Assembly: GCA_963776245.1 (NCBI GenBank)
Contig: CAVZLN010000009.1
Coordinates: 192,001 to 256,000, forward strand
Direction: 5' to 3'
Length of the DNA stretch: 64,000 nt
From: Candidatus Eiseniibacteriota bacterium
Lineage (GTDB): Bacteria; Eisenbacteria; RBG-16-71-46
Each line of letters starts with the position of its first letter. Position 1 is the first letter of the stretch. The notes beneath the pieces were generated by a model. That model was not told the DNA's origin. It ran no database searches and saw nothing but the letters and a program-made list of their open reading frames with translations. The position numbers and the translations under genes were made by a program. Shown piece by piece: positions 43,601-58,646 of the stretch.

Positions 43601-43812
43601 TCGCGCTGCTTCACCTGTATGCCGCAGCCCACCGGGCACTCGCGGCAGGTCGACGCGTACCAGTACGAGACGCCCGGCATGGCGTCGTTCGGCGGCACCA
43701 GATAGGGGATGAGCCGCTCGGCCGGCGGCTGGGCGCAGCCCGAGAGGGTCCCGGCGGCCCCCACCCCCACGAGCTTCAGGAAGTCGCGTCGATTGAAGAC
43801 GAAGTCCGACAT
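40672..43812 (-). CDS. actB: Alternative complex III subunit B (molybdopterin-oxidoreductase-like domain plus 4Fe-4S dicluster)
   Basis: Tat signal NRRDFLK; RAIKIEGHP; CNGCAACVVAC, CQHC..APCE.VCP, CVGTRYCSNNCPY, EKCSMC. Confidence 0.92.
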   Translation of the reverse strand: MSDFVFNRRDFLKLVGVGAAGTLSGCAQPPAERLIPYLVPPNDAMPGVSYWYASTCRECPVGCGIQVKQRDGRAIKIEGHPAHPVGRGGVCARGHAGLQALYHPDRLVSPMVKKDGVWKAIAWDEALALAGARLGAARSRKDAVALLTGHHSGSLHRLAGEWAAGANGTHLVHEAFAHESLREANRRTFGTAAVPHLDFAKANLVISFGADFLETWVSPVSHARDFAALRARPDGRFIAIEPRLSLTGANADEWFPARPGSEMAVALGLANLIVTQGLASASVPGLREALAPWTPEAVEQASDIPAGELAEMAVQFAAARPGLAVAGGIATQSEQSVALIAAVNLLNWVAGNVNQTVRFDRTVNYDEVGTFADFQGLVKRMSEGQVDVLVVAGTNPVYSAPGWAGFSDALDKVPFRIGIVEVLDETAERCDLVLPACHALETLGDAETARGVHSLTQPAMQPLPQFRARPVGDALLALAAAASFGAFPGTWDEYLKARWKALQPRFGAGQDFDAFWNGALQRGGVWEEAAPVTVSWTGGVPAFAPPAFKGAGDLTLVLYASPNHYDGRGASKPWLQELPDPTTKVVWGSWAEIHPDTAKALGLEKGDALKVETEAGAVELPVYPYGGVRKDVVAIPLGQGHTAFTRYATGVGVNPLGLLVAAQDAASGAVAYLSTRARVSKGSTAARLVYTQRSMDQWDRGFAQVIPVAALTGQAAGAVDVSGAESAEPSHGAATSKAHLGGHGKGERHTFDPSQRKPGQHTEPMEHPEGYRPPAHSVSAFESENLARGPRRNPVDVGPYKTAEHRWAMAIDINACNGCAACVVACYAENNIPTVGPAMVERGREMSWIRIDRFEQQIGTMDKHNDVRFVPMMCQHCSDAPCEIVCPVYATYHNPEGLNAQVYNRCVGTRYCSNNCPYKVRAFNFFDYGAPEKPTFAFPEPLNWQLNPDVTVRSKGVMEKCSMCVQRILEGKGLARDEKRKVRDGDIQTACAQSCPSQAIVFGDLLDPASEVHRLSYDPQRRYWPLEELNTKPGVTYLKKIHREHV

Positions 43813-43819
43813 GCGTCCT

Positions 43820-44347
43820 CTAGTGATGGCAGACCAGGCAGTCGGTGCTGGCCGGGTTCTCGGGGTCGTTCTCGTGCTGGCGATGGCAACCGACACACCA
43901 GCCCATCTTCATCGAGGGGTACTGGTAGACGACCGTCATCTCCTGCACCGGGCCGTGGCACTCCTGGCACTGGATGCCCTTCAGCACGTGACGCTTGTGG
44001 TTGAACTTCACGTGGTCGGGCAGGCGGTACACCTCGGCCCACTCCACCGGCTGGGTGCGCTCCCAGTAGCTGGCAAGCTTCTGGATCTCCGGGCGGTCGG
44101 AGACCGCGATCTTGTGGCACCCCATGCACGTCGCCACCGCCGGAAGATTGGCGATCGGCGACTTCTCGGCGTCCGCGTGGCAGTAGAGACACTGCATCTG
44201 GAGCTTGCCGGCGTGGATCTGGTGACTGAACCGGATCGGCTGCACCGGCCCCCGGCGATTGCCGAGCTGGACCGAGAAGGATTGGGTGAAGGCGGTTGTC
44301 GCGAGCGCGAGCATCACGAGGATGGATAGCGCGATGATCTTCTTCAA
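43820..44347 (-). CDS. actA: Alternative complex III subunit A (pentaheme cytochrome c)
   Basis: Five CxxCH motifs (CLYCH, CMGCH, CQECH, CVGCH, CLVCH); QPIRFSHQIH; TTG start after GAGGG. Confidence 0.9.
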   Translation of the reverse strand: MKKIIALSILVMLALATTAFTQSFSVQLGNRRGPVQPIRFSHQIHAGKLQMQCLYCHADAEKSPIANLPAVATCMGCHKIAVSDRPEIQKLASYWERTQPVEWAEVYRLPDHVKFNHKRHVLKGIQCQECHGPVQEMTVVYQYPSMKMGWCVGCHRQHENDPENPASTDCLVCHH

Positions 44348-44487
44348 TGAGCCCTCGTGGGTGAAGGACCGCGGCAAGTTACCCGCGCCTCCGGATGCTG
44401 TCAACGGAGCCGCGGAGCCCGGCGCGAGGGCGCGCAGAGCCCCGGGCGCCCGAGTCCGGGTCGCGCGGGGGGACGGAGGGCCCGCGC

Positions 44488-45939
44488 CTAGCGCGGCCGG
44501 CCGGGCCTCACGATCTTCAGTGTCTCGCCGGTGCGCACGGTCTCGTCCAGTTCGAGATTGTTGATCACCGCGGTCTCCTCGACGCTGACCGCCTGGGCGC
44601 CCAGCTTCGGCAGCACCTCGGAGAACGCGCCGGTGGTGCCCACCGTCACCACCCGCACGCGGGCGGGGAGCACCTCGAGTCGCGCCTCGTCGGCGACCGG
44701 GCGCAGCGAGCGCGCGGCGCGGGCGATGGCGTCCTCCTCGGCAGCGGTCTTCCCGGCGCCGAGGATCTCCAGCATGCGCTGCGGCGACTGGCGGACGAAC
44801 GCGGCGAACAGCGCGCGCACCCCGCCCTGGCCGTCGGGCACCGCGAGCCGGCCCACCCACGCCGGCCAGCCGCCGATGGTCTCGCCGCGGCCGTTCGCCT
44901 GGCTGGCCGACCCCTTCTGGAGCAGCCCGTCCACGAACGCCTGCGGCGTGGCGTCGCCGGCCGCCGCGAGCGACAGCGTCATCTGCCCCGCCTGGTCGGC
45001 CGCCGCCGCGCTCACGCCGCTCTTCCGGTCCTGGGTCGTCCAGCCGGCGGGGAACGTGATCTCGAAGCGCATCTCGGGCTGGGTGAAGCGCGCGCCGTCG
45101 AAGTAGCCCTGGCGCGGATCGGCTCCGAACACCACGCCATCGAGCCGCCGCACGTAGCCGAGCTGGTGCACGATCAGCCCGGAGTGGCCCGCCACCGCCT
45201 GAGCGGCGAGCGCCGAGGTGCGCTGCTCGCGGTCGCCCGGGTCGGGGTGCGTGGACATGAACCCCGGCAGGCGCTGGCCGGCCCGCTCGCTCACGCGCTT
45301 GAGCATGGCGTAGGTGGCCGGTATCTGGCGCGCGTCCCAGCCCGCCCGGGTGGTGTACTCCACCCCCAGCTCGTCGGCCTGGGTCTCGTCGTCGCGGCTG
45401 TACTTGAGCATCAGCAGCCCGAGCGCCTGCTGGGCGGCGCTGCTGTAGTCCCGCACCGTGGATGAGAACGCCGCGCCCACCGCCAGCCCGAGCCCCAGGA
45501 CCTGCTGCTGGGTCATCTGCTTGGCGCCGTGGCGGGCGGTGACGTGGCCGATCTCGTGGCCGAGCACCCCGGCGAGCTGGGCCTCGGAGTTCAGGTGCGC
45601 GAGGATGCCGCGGGTGATGTAGATGTAGCCGCCCGGCATCGCGAACGCGTTCACCGTCGGATCGTCGAGCACCGTGAAGGTCCACTTCAGGTCGGGCCGG
45701 TGGGAGACCTTCGCCAGCGCCTGCCCCACGCTGTCCACGTACGCCTGCACCGCCGCGTCGTCGTAGCGGCCGTATTCCGCGATCACCGCGGGGAATCCCT
45801 CGCGGCCGAGCGACAGCTCCTGGTCGGCGCTCACCAGCGACAGCTCGCGCCGCCCGGTGACCGGGTTGGTGGCGCACGAGACCGCCAGCGCCGCGGCGAG
45901 CGCGGCGGCGCCGATCAGCAGGACGTAGCGCTGCGACAT
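44488..45939 (-). CDS. M48 family (BepA-like) zinc metalloprotease lipoprotein
   Basis: Lipobox AVSC-ATNPVTG; VNAFAMPGG; HEIGH; YSRDDETQAD; STHP. Confidence 0.9.
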   Translation of the reverse strand: MSQRYVLLIGAAALAAALAVSCATNPVTGRRELSLVSADQELSLGREGFPAVIAEYGRYDDAAVQAYVDSVGQALAKVSHRPDLKWTFTVLDDPTVNAFAMPGGYIYITRGILAHLNSEAQLAGVLGHEIGHVTARHGAKQMTQQQVLGLGLAVGAAFSSTVRDYSSAAQQALGLLMLKYSRDDETQADELGVEYTTRAGWDARQIPATYAMLKRVSERAGQRLPGFMSTHPDPGDREQRTSALAAQAVAGHSGLIVHQLGYVRRLDGVVFGADPRQGYFDGARFTQPEMRFEITFPAGWTTQDRKSGVSAAAADQAGQMTLSLAAAGDATPQAFVDGLLQKGSASQANGRGETIGGWPAWVGRLAVPDGQGGVRALFAAFVRQSPQRMLEILGAGKTAAEEDAIARAARSLRPVADEARLEVLPARVRVVTVGTTGAFSEVLPKLGAQAVSVEETAVINNLELDETVRTGETLKIVRPGRPR

Positions 45940-45952
45940 GGTCCGACCTCCT

Positions 45953-47170
45953 CTAGTAGCGCGGGGTCGCGGGGTCCACCTCGCGGGACCACGCGTCGAT
46001 GCCGCCGCGCAGGTTCTTGAGCCGGGTGAAGCCCGCCTGCTCCAGGAACTGGAGCGCCTGCATGCTGCGCTGACCGTGGTGACAGTAGAGCACCAGCGTG
46101 CGATCGCGGTCGAGCTCCTGCACTCTCGCCGGCAGCGTGCCGAGGGGCACCAGCGTCGCGCCGGGCAGCCGCGCGATCCGCCACTCGTGCGGTTCGCGCA
46201 CGTCCACCAGCATCATGTCCTCACCCTGCGCCAGCCGCTGCTCGAGCTCGCGCGGGGTCCACTGGCGCGACTCGCCCTCCGGCTTCCGGCCCCAGAACAT
46301 GTCCTCCCCCGCGGCGGCCGGCTCCGCGCCTCCGGGCGCGGGCCCGCCACAGAACTGGTCGTAGTCGATCAGGCGGTCGAGGGTGGGATGCTCGCCGCAC
46401 AGCGGGCAGCCAGGGTCCTTGCGCAGCGCCAGTTCGCGGAACCGCATCGCCAGCGCGTCGAACACCAGCAGCCGGCCGATGAGTGGTTCGCCCACGCCGA
46501 GCAGCAGCTTGAGCGTCTCGATCGCCTGCACCATCCCGATCACGCCCGGCAGCACGCCGAGCACGCCGCCCTCCGCGCACGAAGGCACCAGCCCGGGGGG
46601 CGGCGGGTCCGGGTAGAGGCACCGATAGCACGGCCCGCGCCGCGCGTCGAACACGCTCACCTGCCCCTCGAAGCGGAACACGCTCCCCTGCACGTTGGGG
46701 ATGCCGAGCAGCGCGCACGCGTCGTTGACGAGGTAGCGGGTGGCGAAGTTGTCCGCGCCGTCGGCCACCACGTCGTACCCGCGCATCAGCTCGAGCGCGT
46801 TGGAGCTGTCGAGACGCACCTCGTGCGTCTCCACGAGCACGTGCGGATTGAGGTCGGCGAGCCGCGAGCGCGCCGATTCCACCTTCGGGCGGCCCACGTC
46901 GGAGGTGCCATGCAGGAGCTGGCGGTGGAGGTTGGACGCGTCCACCGCGTCGAAGTCCACGATGCCGATGCGGCCCACCCCGGCCGCGGCGAGGTAGAGC
47001 GCGAGCGGCGAGCCCAACCCGCCGGCCCCCACCAGCATCACGCTCGACCCCTTGAGCCGGCGCTGGCCCTCCTCGCCCACCCCGGGCAGGGCGAAATGGC
47101 GCGAGTAGCGCAGCGACTCCTCGAAACTGAACGAGGACGGAGCGGCGGGCGGGTCGTCGGGTCGGGGCAT
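45953..47170 (-). CDS. moeB: Molybdopterin-synthase adenylyltransferase with a rhodanese domain (MoeB/MoeZ)
   Basis: RYSRH, GAGGLGSP, SNLHRQ, GPCYRC, SCAEGGVLG; rhodanese YCHHGQRS; start may be 47236. Confidence 0.9.
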   Translation of the reverse strand: MPRPDDPPAAPSSFSFEESLRYSRHFALPGVGEEGQRRLKGSSVMLVGAGGLGSPLALYLAAAGVGRIGIVDFDAVDASNLHRQLLHGTSDVGRPKVESARSRLADLNPHVLVETHEVRLDSSNALELMRGYDVVADGADNFATRYLVNDACALLGIPNVQGSVFRFEGQVSVFDARRGPCYRCLYPDPPPPGLVPSCAEGGVLGVLPGVIGMVQAIETLKLLLGVGEPLIGRLLVFDALAMRFRELALRKDPGCPLCGEHPTLDRLIDYDQFCGGPAPGGAEPAAAGEDMFWGRKPEGESRQWTPRELEQRLAQGEDMMLVDVREPHEWRIARLPGATLVPLGTLPARVQELDRDRTLVLYCHHGQRSMQALQFLEQAGFTRLKNLRGGIDAWSREVDPATPRY

Positions 47171-47275
47171 CGGGTGGGGTCCGGGTTGGGTGCTCGAGAG
47201 ACTTGGATGCGGCCGGTCGCCCTTGGACGCCGTCATGCTGGCGCCACGCGCGCGCGACGGCTACGATGCCGCCTC

Positions 47276-48253
47276 ATGATCCTCGCGGGTGACGTCGGCG
47301 GCACCAAGGTCCAGCTGGCACTCTACGACGAAGGCGCCGGCGCGCGGAAGCCCGCTCGCCAGGCCCGCTTCGCCAGCCACGAGCACGCCTCGCTCGAGGA
47401 CTGCCTGCGCGCCTTCCTGGGCGCCCCGCTGCCGCCCATCGAGCGCGCCGCCTTCGGGGTGGCCGGGCCGATCGTGGGCGAGCGATGCGAGGCCACCAAC
47501 CTCCCGTGGGTGGTGGACGGCGACTCGCTCGGACGCACGCTGGGAGCGTCGCGGGTGCGCCTGCTGAACGACCTCGAGGCCACCGCGTGGGGCATCCGCA
47601 CGCTCGAGGCGGCCGACCTCGAGACCCTGCAGGCCGGGGACGATCAGGCGGGCCATCGCGCCCTGATCGCCGCCGGCACCGGGCTGGGCCAGGGGCTGCT
47701 CGTGCATCGCGCCGGCACCTGGACGCCCGCGCCCTCGGAGGGCGGGCACGCCGACTTCGCCTCCCGCGACGAGCTCGAGGACGAACTGCTGCGCTGGCTG
47801 CGCGGGCGCCATGGGCGCGCGTCGTACGAGCGCGTGCTGTCGGGCCCGGGGCTCGCCGAGCTGTTCCGCTTCCTGCGCGCGACCGGCCGCGGCGCCGAGC
47901 CCGCGGAGTTCGCGCGGCGCTTCGATGCCGACGCCGACCCGGCGGCGGTGGTGTCCGCGGGCGCGCTCGACGGCTCGTGCGAGCGCGCGCGCCTCGCGCT
48001 CGAGCGCTTCGTCGAGATCTACGGCGCGCAGGCGGGCAACCTCGCGCTCACCACGTTCGCGACCGGCGGGCTCTACGTCGCCGGCGGCATCGCCCCGCGC
48101 ATCCTGCCGTTCCTGCGTGACGGGCGCTTCGTGCGCGCCTTCGGCGCCAAGGGCAGGCTCTCACCGCTCCTCGCGCGCATCCCGGTGCGCGTGATCCTCG
48201 ATCCGCAGGCCCCGCTGTGGGGCGCGGCGCACGTGGCCCTGGAGGACGCATGA
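47276..48253 (+). CDS. glk: Glucokinase
   Basis: [42 protein letters not shown]. Confidence 0.93.
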   Translation: MILAGDVGGTKVQLALYDEGAGARKPARQARFASHEHASLEDCLRAFLGAPLPPIERAAFGVAGPIVGERCEATNLPWVVDGDSLGRTLGASRVRLLNDLEATAWGIRTLEAADLETLQAGDDQAGHRALIAAGTGLGQGLLVHRAGTWTPAPSEGGHADFASRDELEDELLRWLRGRHGRASYERVLSGPGLAELFRFLRATGRGAEPAEFARRFDADADPAAVVSAGALDGSCERARLALERFVEIYGAQAGNLALTTFATGGLYVAGGIAPRILPFLRDGRFVRAFGAKGRLSPLLARIPVRVILDPQAPLWGAAHVALEDA

Positions 48254-50256
48254 CCCTGAACCCGAACGCCGACCTCGAGCAGCAGGCGGTGGAGTGCCTC
48301 CGCTTTCTCGCCGCCGACGCGGTGGAGCAGGCGAAGAGCGGACACCCCGGCATGCCGATGGGGATGGCCGACGCGGCGTATGTGATCTGGATGCGCCACC
48401 TGCGCCACGCGCCCGCCGATCCGGGCTGGCCCGGGCGCGACCGCTTCGTGCTCTCGGGCGGACACGGCTCGATGCTGCTCTACGGACTGCTCCATCTGAC
48501 CGGGTACGACCTGCCGATGGCGGAGCTCGAGCGCTTCCGCCAGTGGGGCAGCCGCACCCCCGGACACCCCGAGCGCGGGCACACCCCGGGCGTCGAGACC
48601 ACGACCGGACCGCTCGGCCAGGGCTTCGGCAACGCCGTGGGCATGGCGCTCGCCGCCCGCATGCTGGCGGCGCGTGTCGCGGGGAACGCGCTGGCGCCCC
48701 CGCCCGCGCGCGTGTTCGCGATGTGCGGCGACGGGGACCTGATGGAGGGGATCTCGTCCGAGGCCGCCTCGATGGCGGCCCACTGGGGACTGGGCAATCT
48801 GGTGGTGGTGTACGACGACAACCGCATCACCATCGAGGGCCCCACCTCGCTGGCGTGGAGCGAGGACGTGGGCGCGCGCTTCACCGCCTACGGCTGGCAC
48901 GTGCAGCGCGTGGACGCGCATGACCGCGCCGCGGTGGACGCCGCGCTCGGAGCCGCAGTGGCCGAGGGCGACCGCCCGAGCCTGATCGTGGCGCGCAGCC
49001 ACATCGCCTATGGCGCCCCCAACAAGCAGGACACCGCCGCCGCGCACGGCGAGCCGCTGGGCGCCGACGAGCTGGCGGCCGCCAAGCGCGCGCGCGGCTG
49101 GCCCACCGAGCCCGCGTTCCTGGTGCCGGACGCGGTGCGCGCGCACTTCGCCGCGCGCACCGCGGAGCTGGAGCGCGCGCACGCCGCCTGGCACGAGCGC
49201 CTGATGGCGTGGCGCGCCGCCGCGCCGGCCGACGCGGCGCGCTATGGCGCGCTGCTCGAAGCGCAGGTCCCGGCCGACCTGTTCGACCGCCTGGTGGCGG
49301 CCGCTCCCGCCACCGCGGCCGCCACGCGCGCGCATGGCGGCGCGGTGCTCCAGCAGGCGGCGGCGCTGATCCCGTCGCTGGTCGGCGGCAGCGCCGACCT
49401 CGAGCCCTCGACCAAGACCTGGATCAAGGACTCGCCCGCGATCGCGCGCGGCGAGTACGCCGGGCGCAACCTGCACTTCGGGGTCCGCGAACACGGCATG
49501 GGCGCGGTGCTGAACGGCCTGGCGCTGCACGGCGGCTTCATCCCGTTCGGCGCGTCGTTCCTGGTGTTCACCGACTACGCCCGCCCGGCGATCCGGCTCT
49601 CGGCGCTGATGGGCACGCGCGTGGTGTGGGTGTTCACCCACGACAGCGTGTTCCTCGGCGAGGACGGTCCCACCCATCAGCCGGTCGAGCACCTCGAGTC
49701 GTTGCGCGCCATCCCCGGCCTCCACGTGGTGCGTCCGGCCGACGGCCTCGAGACCGCCGCTGCGTGGGCGCTGGCGCTCGAGCGGCGCGACGGGCCGACG
49801 CTGATGGCGCTCTCGCGCCAGAGCCTGCCGCCGCTCGAGCGGCCGTCTTCGTTCACGCCCGCCCAGCTCAGGCGCGGCGGGTACGTGGTGCGCGAGGCCG
49901 CGGCCGCCGGAGCGGTCACGCTCATCGCCACCGGCTCCGAGGTGTCGCTCGCGGTCGCGGCCGCGCAGCGCATGGACGACGCCGGACTGGCCGCGCGGGT
50001 GGTGAGCATGCCGTGCGCCGAGTGGTTCCTGGCGCAGGACGCGGGATGGCGCGACGCGGTGCTGCCGCCCGGCGGGCGGCGTGTGAGTCTGGAGGCGGGG
50101 GTCACCGGCTACTGGCGCCGGTTCATCGGCGAGGGCGGGCTCGCGATCGGCATCGACCGCTTCGGCGCCTCGGCGCCGGCCGCCGAGCTGGCGCGCCGGT
50201 TCGGCTTCACGCCCGAGGCGGTGGCCGAGCGCGTCCGGGCATGGGCGCGCGGGTGA
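48250..50256 (+). CDS. tkt: Transketolase
   Basis: [50 protein letters not shown]. Confidence 0.95.
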   Translation: MTLNPNADLEQQAVECLRFLAADAVEQAKSGHPGMPMGMADAAYVIWMRHLRHAPADPGWPGRDRFVLSGGHGSMLLYGLLHLTGYDLPMAELERFRQWGSRTPGHPERGHTPGVETTTGPLGQGFGNAVGMALAARMLAARVAGNALAPPPARVFAMCGDGDLMEGISSEAASMAAHWGLGNLVVVYDDNRITIEGPTSLAWSEDVGARFTAYGWHVQRVDAHDRAAVDAALGAAVAEGDRPSLIVARSHIAYGAPNKQDTAAAHGEPLGADELAAAKRARGWPTEPAFLVPDAVRAHFAARTAELERAHAAWHERLMAWRAAAPADAARYGALLEAQVPADLFDRLVAAAPATAAATRAHGGAVLQQAAALIPSLVGGSADLEPSTKTWIKDSPAIARGEYAGRNLHFGVREHGMGAVLNGLALHGGFIPFGASFLVFTDYARPAIRLSALMGTRVVWVFTHDSVFLGEDGPTHQPVEHLESLRAIPGLHVVRPADGLETAAAWALALERRDGPTLMALSRQSLPPLERPSSFTPAQLRRGGYVVREAAAAGAVTLIATGSEVSLAVAAAQRMDDAGLAARVVSMPCAEWFLAQDAGWRDAVLPPGGRRVSLEAGVTGYWRRFIGEGGLAIGIDRFGASAPAAELARRFGFTPEAVAERVRAWARG

Positions 50257-50837
50257 GCGTGCGCGCGCGCCGGGCGGCATGCGTGGCGCTCGCCGCCGGG
50301 CTGACGCTCGCAGCGTGCGCCCGCGATCGGGCGCCGGAGCGCGCGGCGGCGCCCGGGCGGACGGCGGTCGCGGGCCCCGCGGCACCCACCGCTCCGCGAT
50401 CCGGCCTGAGCGTGACCCCCGCCACGGCGAGCGAGGTGGTGGCACTCACCCGCGCCCCGGGCGCCGCGGCGACGCTGGTGAACGTGTGGGCGTCCTGGTG
50501 CGCGCCGTGCCGCGCGGAGATGCCCGCGCTGCTCGCCGTGGAGCGCGCGAACCGGGCGCGCGGCCTGCGCGTGGCGCTGGTCTCGGCCGATTTCGACAGC
50601 GCCACGGCGCATCGCTACCTGGCGCGCGCGGGCGTGGACTACCCCACCTGGATCAAGACCGGGGACGACATGGCGTTCATCGATGCGCTGAGCCCGCACT
50701 GGAGCGGCGCGCTCCCCGCGACGTTCGTGTACGACGCGCACGGCACGCTGGTGCGCTTCTGGGAGGGCGCCGCCGACTCCCAGCGCTTCACTTCCGCCGT
50801 GGCCGCGGCCCTCGCGCGCGGTGCCGCGCCGCGCTGA
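50253..50837 (+). CDS. TlpA-family thioredoxin-like lipoprotein
   Basis: Lipobox [30 protein letters not shown] overlap with tkt. Confidence 0.85.
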   Translation: MSVRARRAACVALAAGLTLAACARDRAPERAAAPGRTAVAGPAAPTAPRSGLSVTPATASEVVALTRAPGAAATLVNVWASWCAPCRAEMPALLAVERANRARGLRVALVSADFDSATAHRYLARAGVDYPTWIKTGDDMAFIDALSPHWSGALPATFVYDAHGTLVRFWEGAADSQRFTSAVAAALARGAAPR

Positions 50838-50858
50838 ACCCGATCCGGAGGATCCACC

Positions 50859-51473
50859 ATGCGCCGTTCCATCGCCTCGCTCGCCCTGCTCATCGCCCTG
50901 ACACCGGCCGCGGCTCCCGCGCCCGCCGCCGGCCTCGTCCTCGGCGATCCGGCGCCCATGTCCGACGTGAAGATGCGCGACGTCGGCGGCCGCGAGATCT
51001 CCCTCGCCGCGGCGAAAGGCGCCCGGGGCACGCTGGTGGTGTTCACCTGCAATCATTGCCCGTATGCCAAAGCGTGGGAACGGCGGATCGCCGCGCTCGG
51101 CAACGACGCGGCGCGGCGCGGGCTGGGGGTGATCGCCATCAACCCCAACGACCCCGCCGCCTATCCCGAGGACGCGTTCGAGCCGATGGTGAAGCGCGCG
51201 CGGGCGCTCGGCCTGCGGTTCCCCTACACCGTGGACGCCACCAGCGGCATGGCGCGGGCGTTCGGCGCCACGCGCACCCCTGAGGCGTTCCTGTTCGACG
51301 CCGGCGGGAAGCTGGTCTACCACGGCACCATCGACGACAACGCCAAGGACGCGGACGCGGTGAAGCGCCACTACCTGCGCGATGCCGTGGACGCGGTGCT
51401 GGCCGGCAAGCCGGTGCCGATGGCGGAGACCAAGGCGCTCGGCTGCAGCATCAAGTTCCGCGACGGAGGGTAG
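50859..51473 (+). CDS. Exported thioredoxin/AhpC-TSA family protein
   Basis: Signal peptide; FTCNHCPY; ATRTPEAF; GCSIK. Confidence 0.85.
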   Translation: MRRSIASLALLIALTPAAAPAPAAGLVLGDPAPMSDVKMRDVGGREISLAAAKGARGTLVVFTCNHCPYAKAWERRIAALGNDAARRGLGVIAINPNDPAAYPEDAFEPMVKRARALGLRFPYTVDATSGMARAFGATRTPEAFLFDAGGKLVYHGTIDDNAKDADAVKRHYLRDAVDAVLAGKPVPMAETKALGCSIKFRDGG

Positions 51474-51668
51474 CGGCGCGCGGCGCTCCCGGGGGCGCGC
51501 CCGGGTCACCGGGGGAGCGTGCCGGTCCCGCGTCGGACGGGCCGCCGGTCCGTTGACGCGCCCCTCGCCCGGGGCGCATCCTGCGGTGAGATCGTCCTGC
51601 GGCGTGGTGGGCGCCCTGCGCGCCCGATGGCGCCCGAAACAGCCCGCACGAACCCCCGGAGAGTTCGC

Positions 51669-54532
51669 ATGTCCAGCCGTGCCGAACGACTGCTCACCCT
51701 CGGCCAGAGCGTCTGGCTCGACTTCATCCGCCGCGGCCACCTGGCCTCGGGCGAGTTCGACCGCATGGTCCGCGAGCAGGGCGTGGTGGGCGTGACCTCG
51801 AACCCGACCATCTTCCACCAGGCCATCGCCGACAGCCACGACTACGACGACGCGATCCGCCGGCTGGTGGGCCGTGGGCTGTCCGGGACGGCGCTCTACG
51901 AGGCGCTCGCCATCGAGGACATCCAAGGCGCGTGCGACCGGCTGAAGGCGGTGTTCGACCGTTCGGGCGGCATGGACGGACGCGTGAGCATCGAGGTGAG
52001 CCCGACGCTCGCGCACGACACCGCGGGGACGATCGAGGAAGGGCGCCGCCTGCACCGCGAGGTGGCGCGGCCGAACGTGATGATCAAGGTCCCGGCCACC
52101 GCGGCCGGGCTGCCGGCGATCGAGCAGCTGATCGCCGATGGACTGAGCATCAACGTCACGCTGATCTTCACGCTGGAGCGCTACGCCGAGGTGCTCGAGG
52201 CCTTCCAGAAGGGGCTCGAGCGCCGCACCGCCGCCGGCCAGCCACTCGGCGGGATCCGCTCGGTGGCGTCGTTCTTCATCTCGCGCGTGGACTCCAAGGT
52301 GGACAAGGCGATCGAACAGCGCCTCGCCGCGCTGCCCGAGGCCGGTAGCGAGCGCGCCGAGCTCCGTCACCTGGGCGGCCGCGCCGCGGTCGCCAACGCG
52401 CGGCTCGCGTACGCGAAGTTCCTCGCGGTCTCGGCGGCGCCGCGCTGGCAGGCGCTGGCGGCCCGGGGCGCGCACCCGCAGCGCCCGCTGTGGGCCTCGA
52501 CCAGCACCAAGAACCCGGCCTACCCCGACACGCTCTACGTGGACGAGCTGATCGGGCCCGAGACCGTGAACACCATGCCGCCCGCGACCCTGACGGCCTT
52601 CAACGATCACGGCGCGCTCGAGGCGCGCATCGGCCACGACCTGACCGGGGCCGAGCGGCTGTTCGAGCGGCTGCCCGAGCTGGGCATCGCCCTGCCGGCG
52701 CTCATCGGCGAGCTCGAGGGCGAGGGTGTGGCGTCGTTCGCGAAATCGTTCGAGGCCCTGCTGGCGGCGCTCGAGACCAAGCGCGCCTCGCTCGCCGGTC
52801 CCCTCGACCCCGCGTCGGTCCGCGGCCCGGCCCGCGACCCCGACGGGCGCATCGCGAAGCGGCTCGAAGCGCTCGACCGCGAGCGGTTCGCGGAGCGCCT
52901 GTGGCGGCGCGATGACGCGCTGTGGGGCCCTGATCCGGCGCGCCGCAAGGTGGCCGCGAACCGCCTCGGCTGGCTCGCGTCCCCGGGCTGGATGAAGCGC
53001 GAGCTGGCCGGCCTCGAGGCGTTCGCCGCCGAGCTCGCCGGCGAGGGCTACACGCACGCCGTGCTGCTCGGCATGGGCGGCTCCAGCCTGGCGCCCGAGA
53101 CCTTCCAGCGCGTGTTCGGGACCCGCCGCGGACGACTCGAGCTCGCGGTGCTCGACGACACCTCGCCCGCCGCGGTGCGCGCCGTCGCCGAGGCGCACGA
53201 TCCGCTGCGCACCTTCTTCGTGGTGTCGTCCAAGTCGGGGGGCACCATCGAGGTCGCCTCGTTCGAGGCGTACTTCTTCGAGTGGGTGCGGAAGGTGCGC
53301 GGCGACATGGCCGGGCGCTCCTTCGCGGCCATCACCGACCCGGGCACCACGCTCGCCACGCTGGCGCAGCAGCGCGGCTACCGGCGGGTGTTCACGAACC
53401 CCCCCGACATCGGCGGGCGCTATTCGGCACTGTCCTACTTCGGGCTGGTGCCGGCGGCGCTGATCGGCGCACCGCTCGAGAAGCTCGCGAGCCGGGCCGA
53501 GGAGGAAGCGCGCGCGTGCGGCGGCGACGTGGCCGCGGCGCGCAACCCGGGGGTGGCGCTCGGCGCGGCGCTGGGCGAACTCGCGCGCGCCGGGCGCGAC
53601 AAGCTCACGCTGGTGCTCGGTCCCGAGCTCGCGCCGCTCGGCGCCTGGGTGGAGCAACTGGTGGCCGAGAGCACGGGCAAGGACGGCGTCGGGATTCTGC
53701 CGGTGGAGGGCGAGCCGCTCGCGGCCCCCGCGCTCTACGGCGACGACCGCGTGTTCGTCGCGGTGTCGGTGAAGCCGTTCGACCCCGCGACCGAGGCCGC
53801 GCTCGCGGCGCTCGCGGCCGCCGGCCACCCGGTGCTGCGCTGGGGCCGTGAGGACCTCGCGGCGGTCGGCGCGGAGTGCGTGCGCTGGGAGGTCGCCACC
53901 GCCACCGCGGGCGCCACGCTGGGCGTGGACCCGTTCGACGAGCCCAACGTGACCGAGGCCAAGCAGGCGACCCAGGCGGTGCTCGAGGGCTTCCTGCGCG
54001 ATGGCCGCTTCCCGTCCGCCGCGCCGCTCGCGACCGCGAAAGGCATGGCGGTGGATGCTCCAGCCGCCACCGCCGAACTGTTGCGCGGGCGGGCGGGCGC
54101 CGAGCCGGCGTCCTGGGCCGCGGCGCTCGCGGCCGCCACCCGGCCCGGCGACTACCTGGCGATCCTCGCCTACCTCCATCGCACGCCGGCGCGGCGCGAG
54201 CGGCTCCATCGGCTGCGGGTCGCGCTGCGCGCGGCGAGCCGGCGTGCGACCACGCTCGGCTGGGGGCCGCGCTTCCTGCATTCCACCGGCCAGCTCCACA
54301 AGGGTGGCGCGAACAACGGGGTGTTCCTGCTGCTCACCGCCGACGAGGGCGAGCTGCCGATCCCGGGACAGCGGTACGGGTTCGGCGCGCTGCGGCGGGC
54401 GCAGGCCGAGGGCGACTACGAGGTGCTGGGACGGCGCGGGCGGCGCGTGCTGCGCGTGCACCTGGGCGCCGACGTGGAGAGCGGGCTCGACGCGCTCGTC
54501 TCCGCCCTCGAGACCACGGCGGCGGCGCGGAC

Positions 54533-54536
<4 letters not shown>
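51669..54536 (+). CDS. tal: Bifunctional transaldolase / glucose-6-phosphate isomerase
   Basis: GQSVWLD, GVTSNPTIF, MIKVPAT, LWASTSTK; then LGMGGSSL, SSKSGGT, IGGRYS, DPFDEPNV, GQLHKGG. Confidence 0.92.
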
Positions 54537-58438
<3,902 letters not shown>

Positions 58439-58511
58439 GGAGTGCGAGCCTCATGGGGGGGGCATGGCGGCCCGCGGTGAGGGTGCCCGGGCGCGCCTGG
58501 ACCCGCCCGGG

Positions 58512-58539
58512 GTATCGGCCGAGCCGCGTGAACGCTTGA
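58512..58539 (-). promoter_or_regulatory. Putative sigma-28 (FliA/WhiG-type) promoter upstream of the hybrid kinase
   Basis: Minus strand TCAAG-N15-GCCGATAC versus the consensus TAAA-N15-GCCGATAA. Confidence 0.5.
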
Positions 58540-58646
58540 GGGACAAGCGGATGCGGGGCGGAACCGTGCGCGGGGGCCGGCCGCGGGGGGCGCGGGTCGG
58601 GGCCTTCAGGGTGGCGCTGGGTGCCGGCCGCCGGGCCGCCACCCGG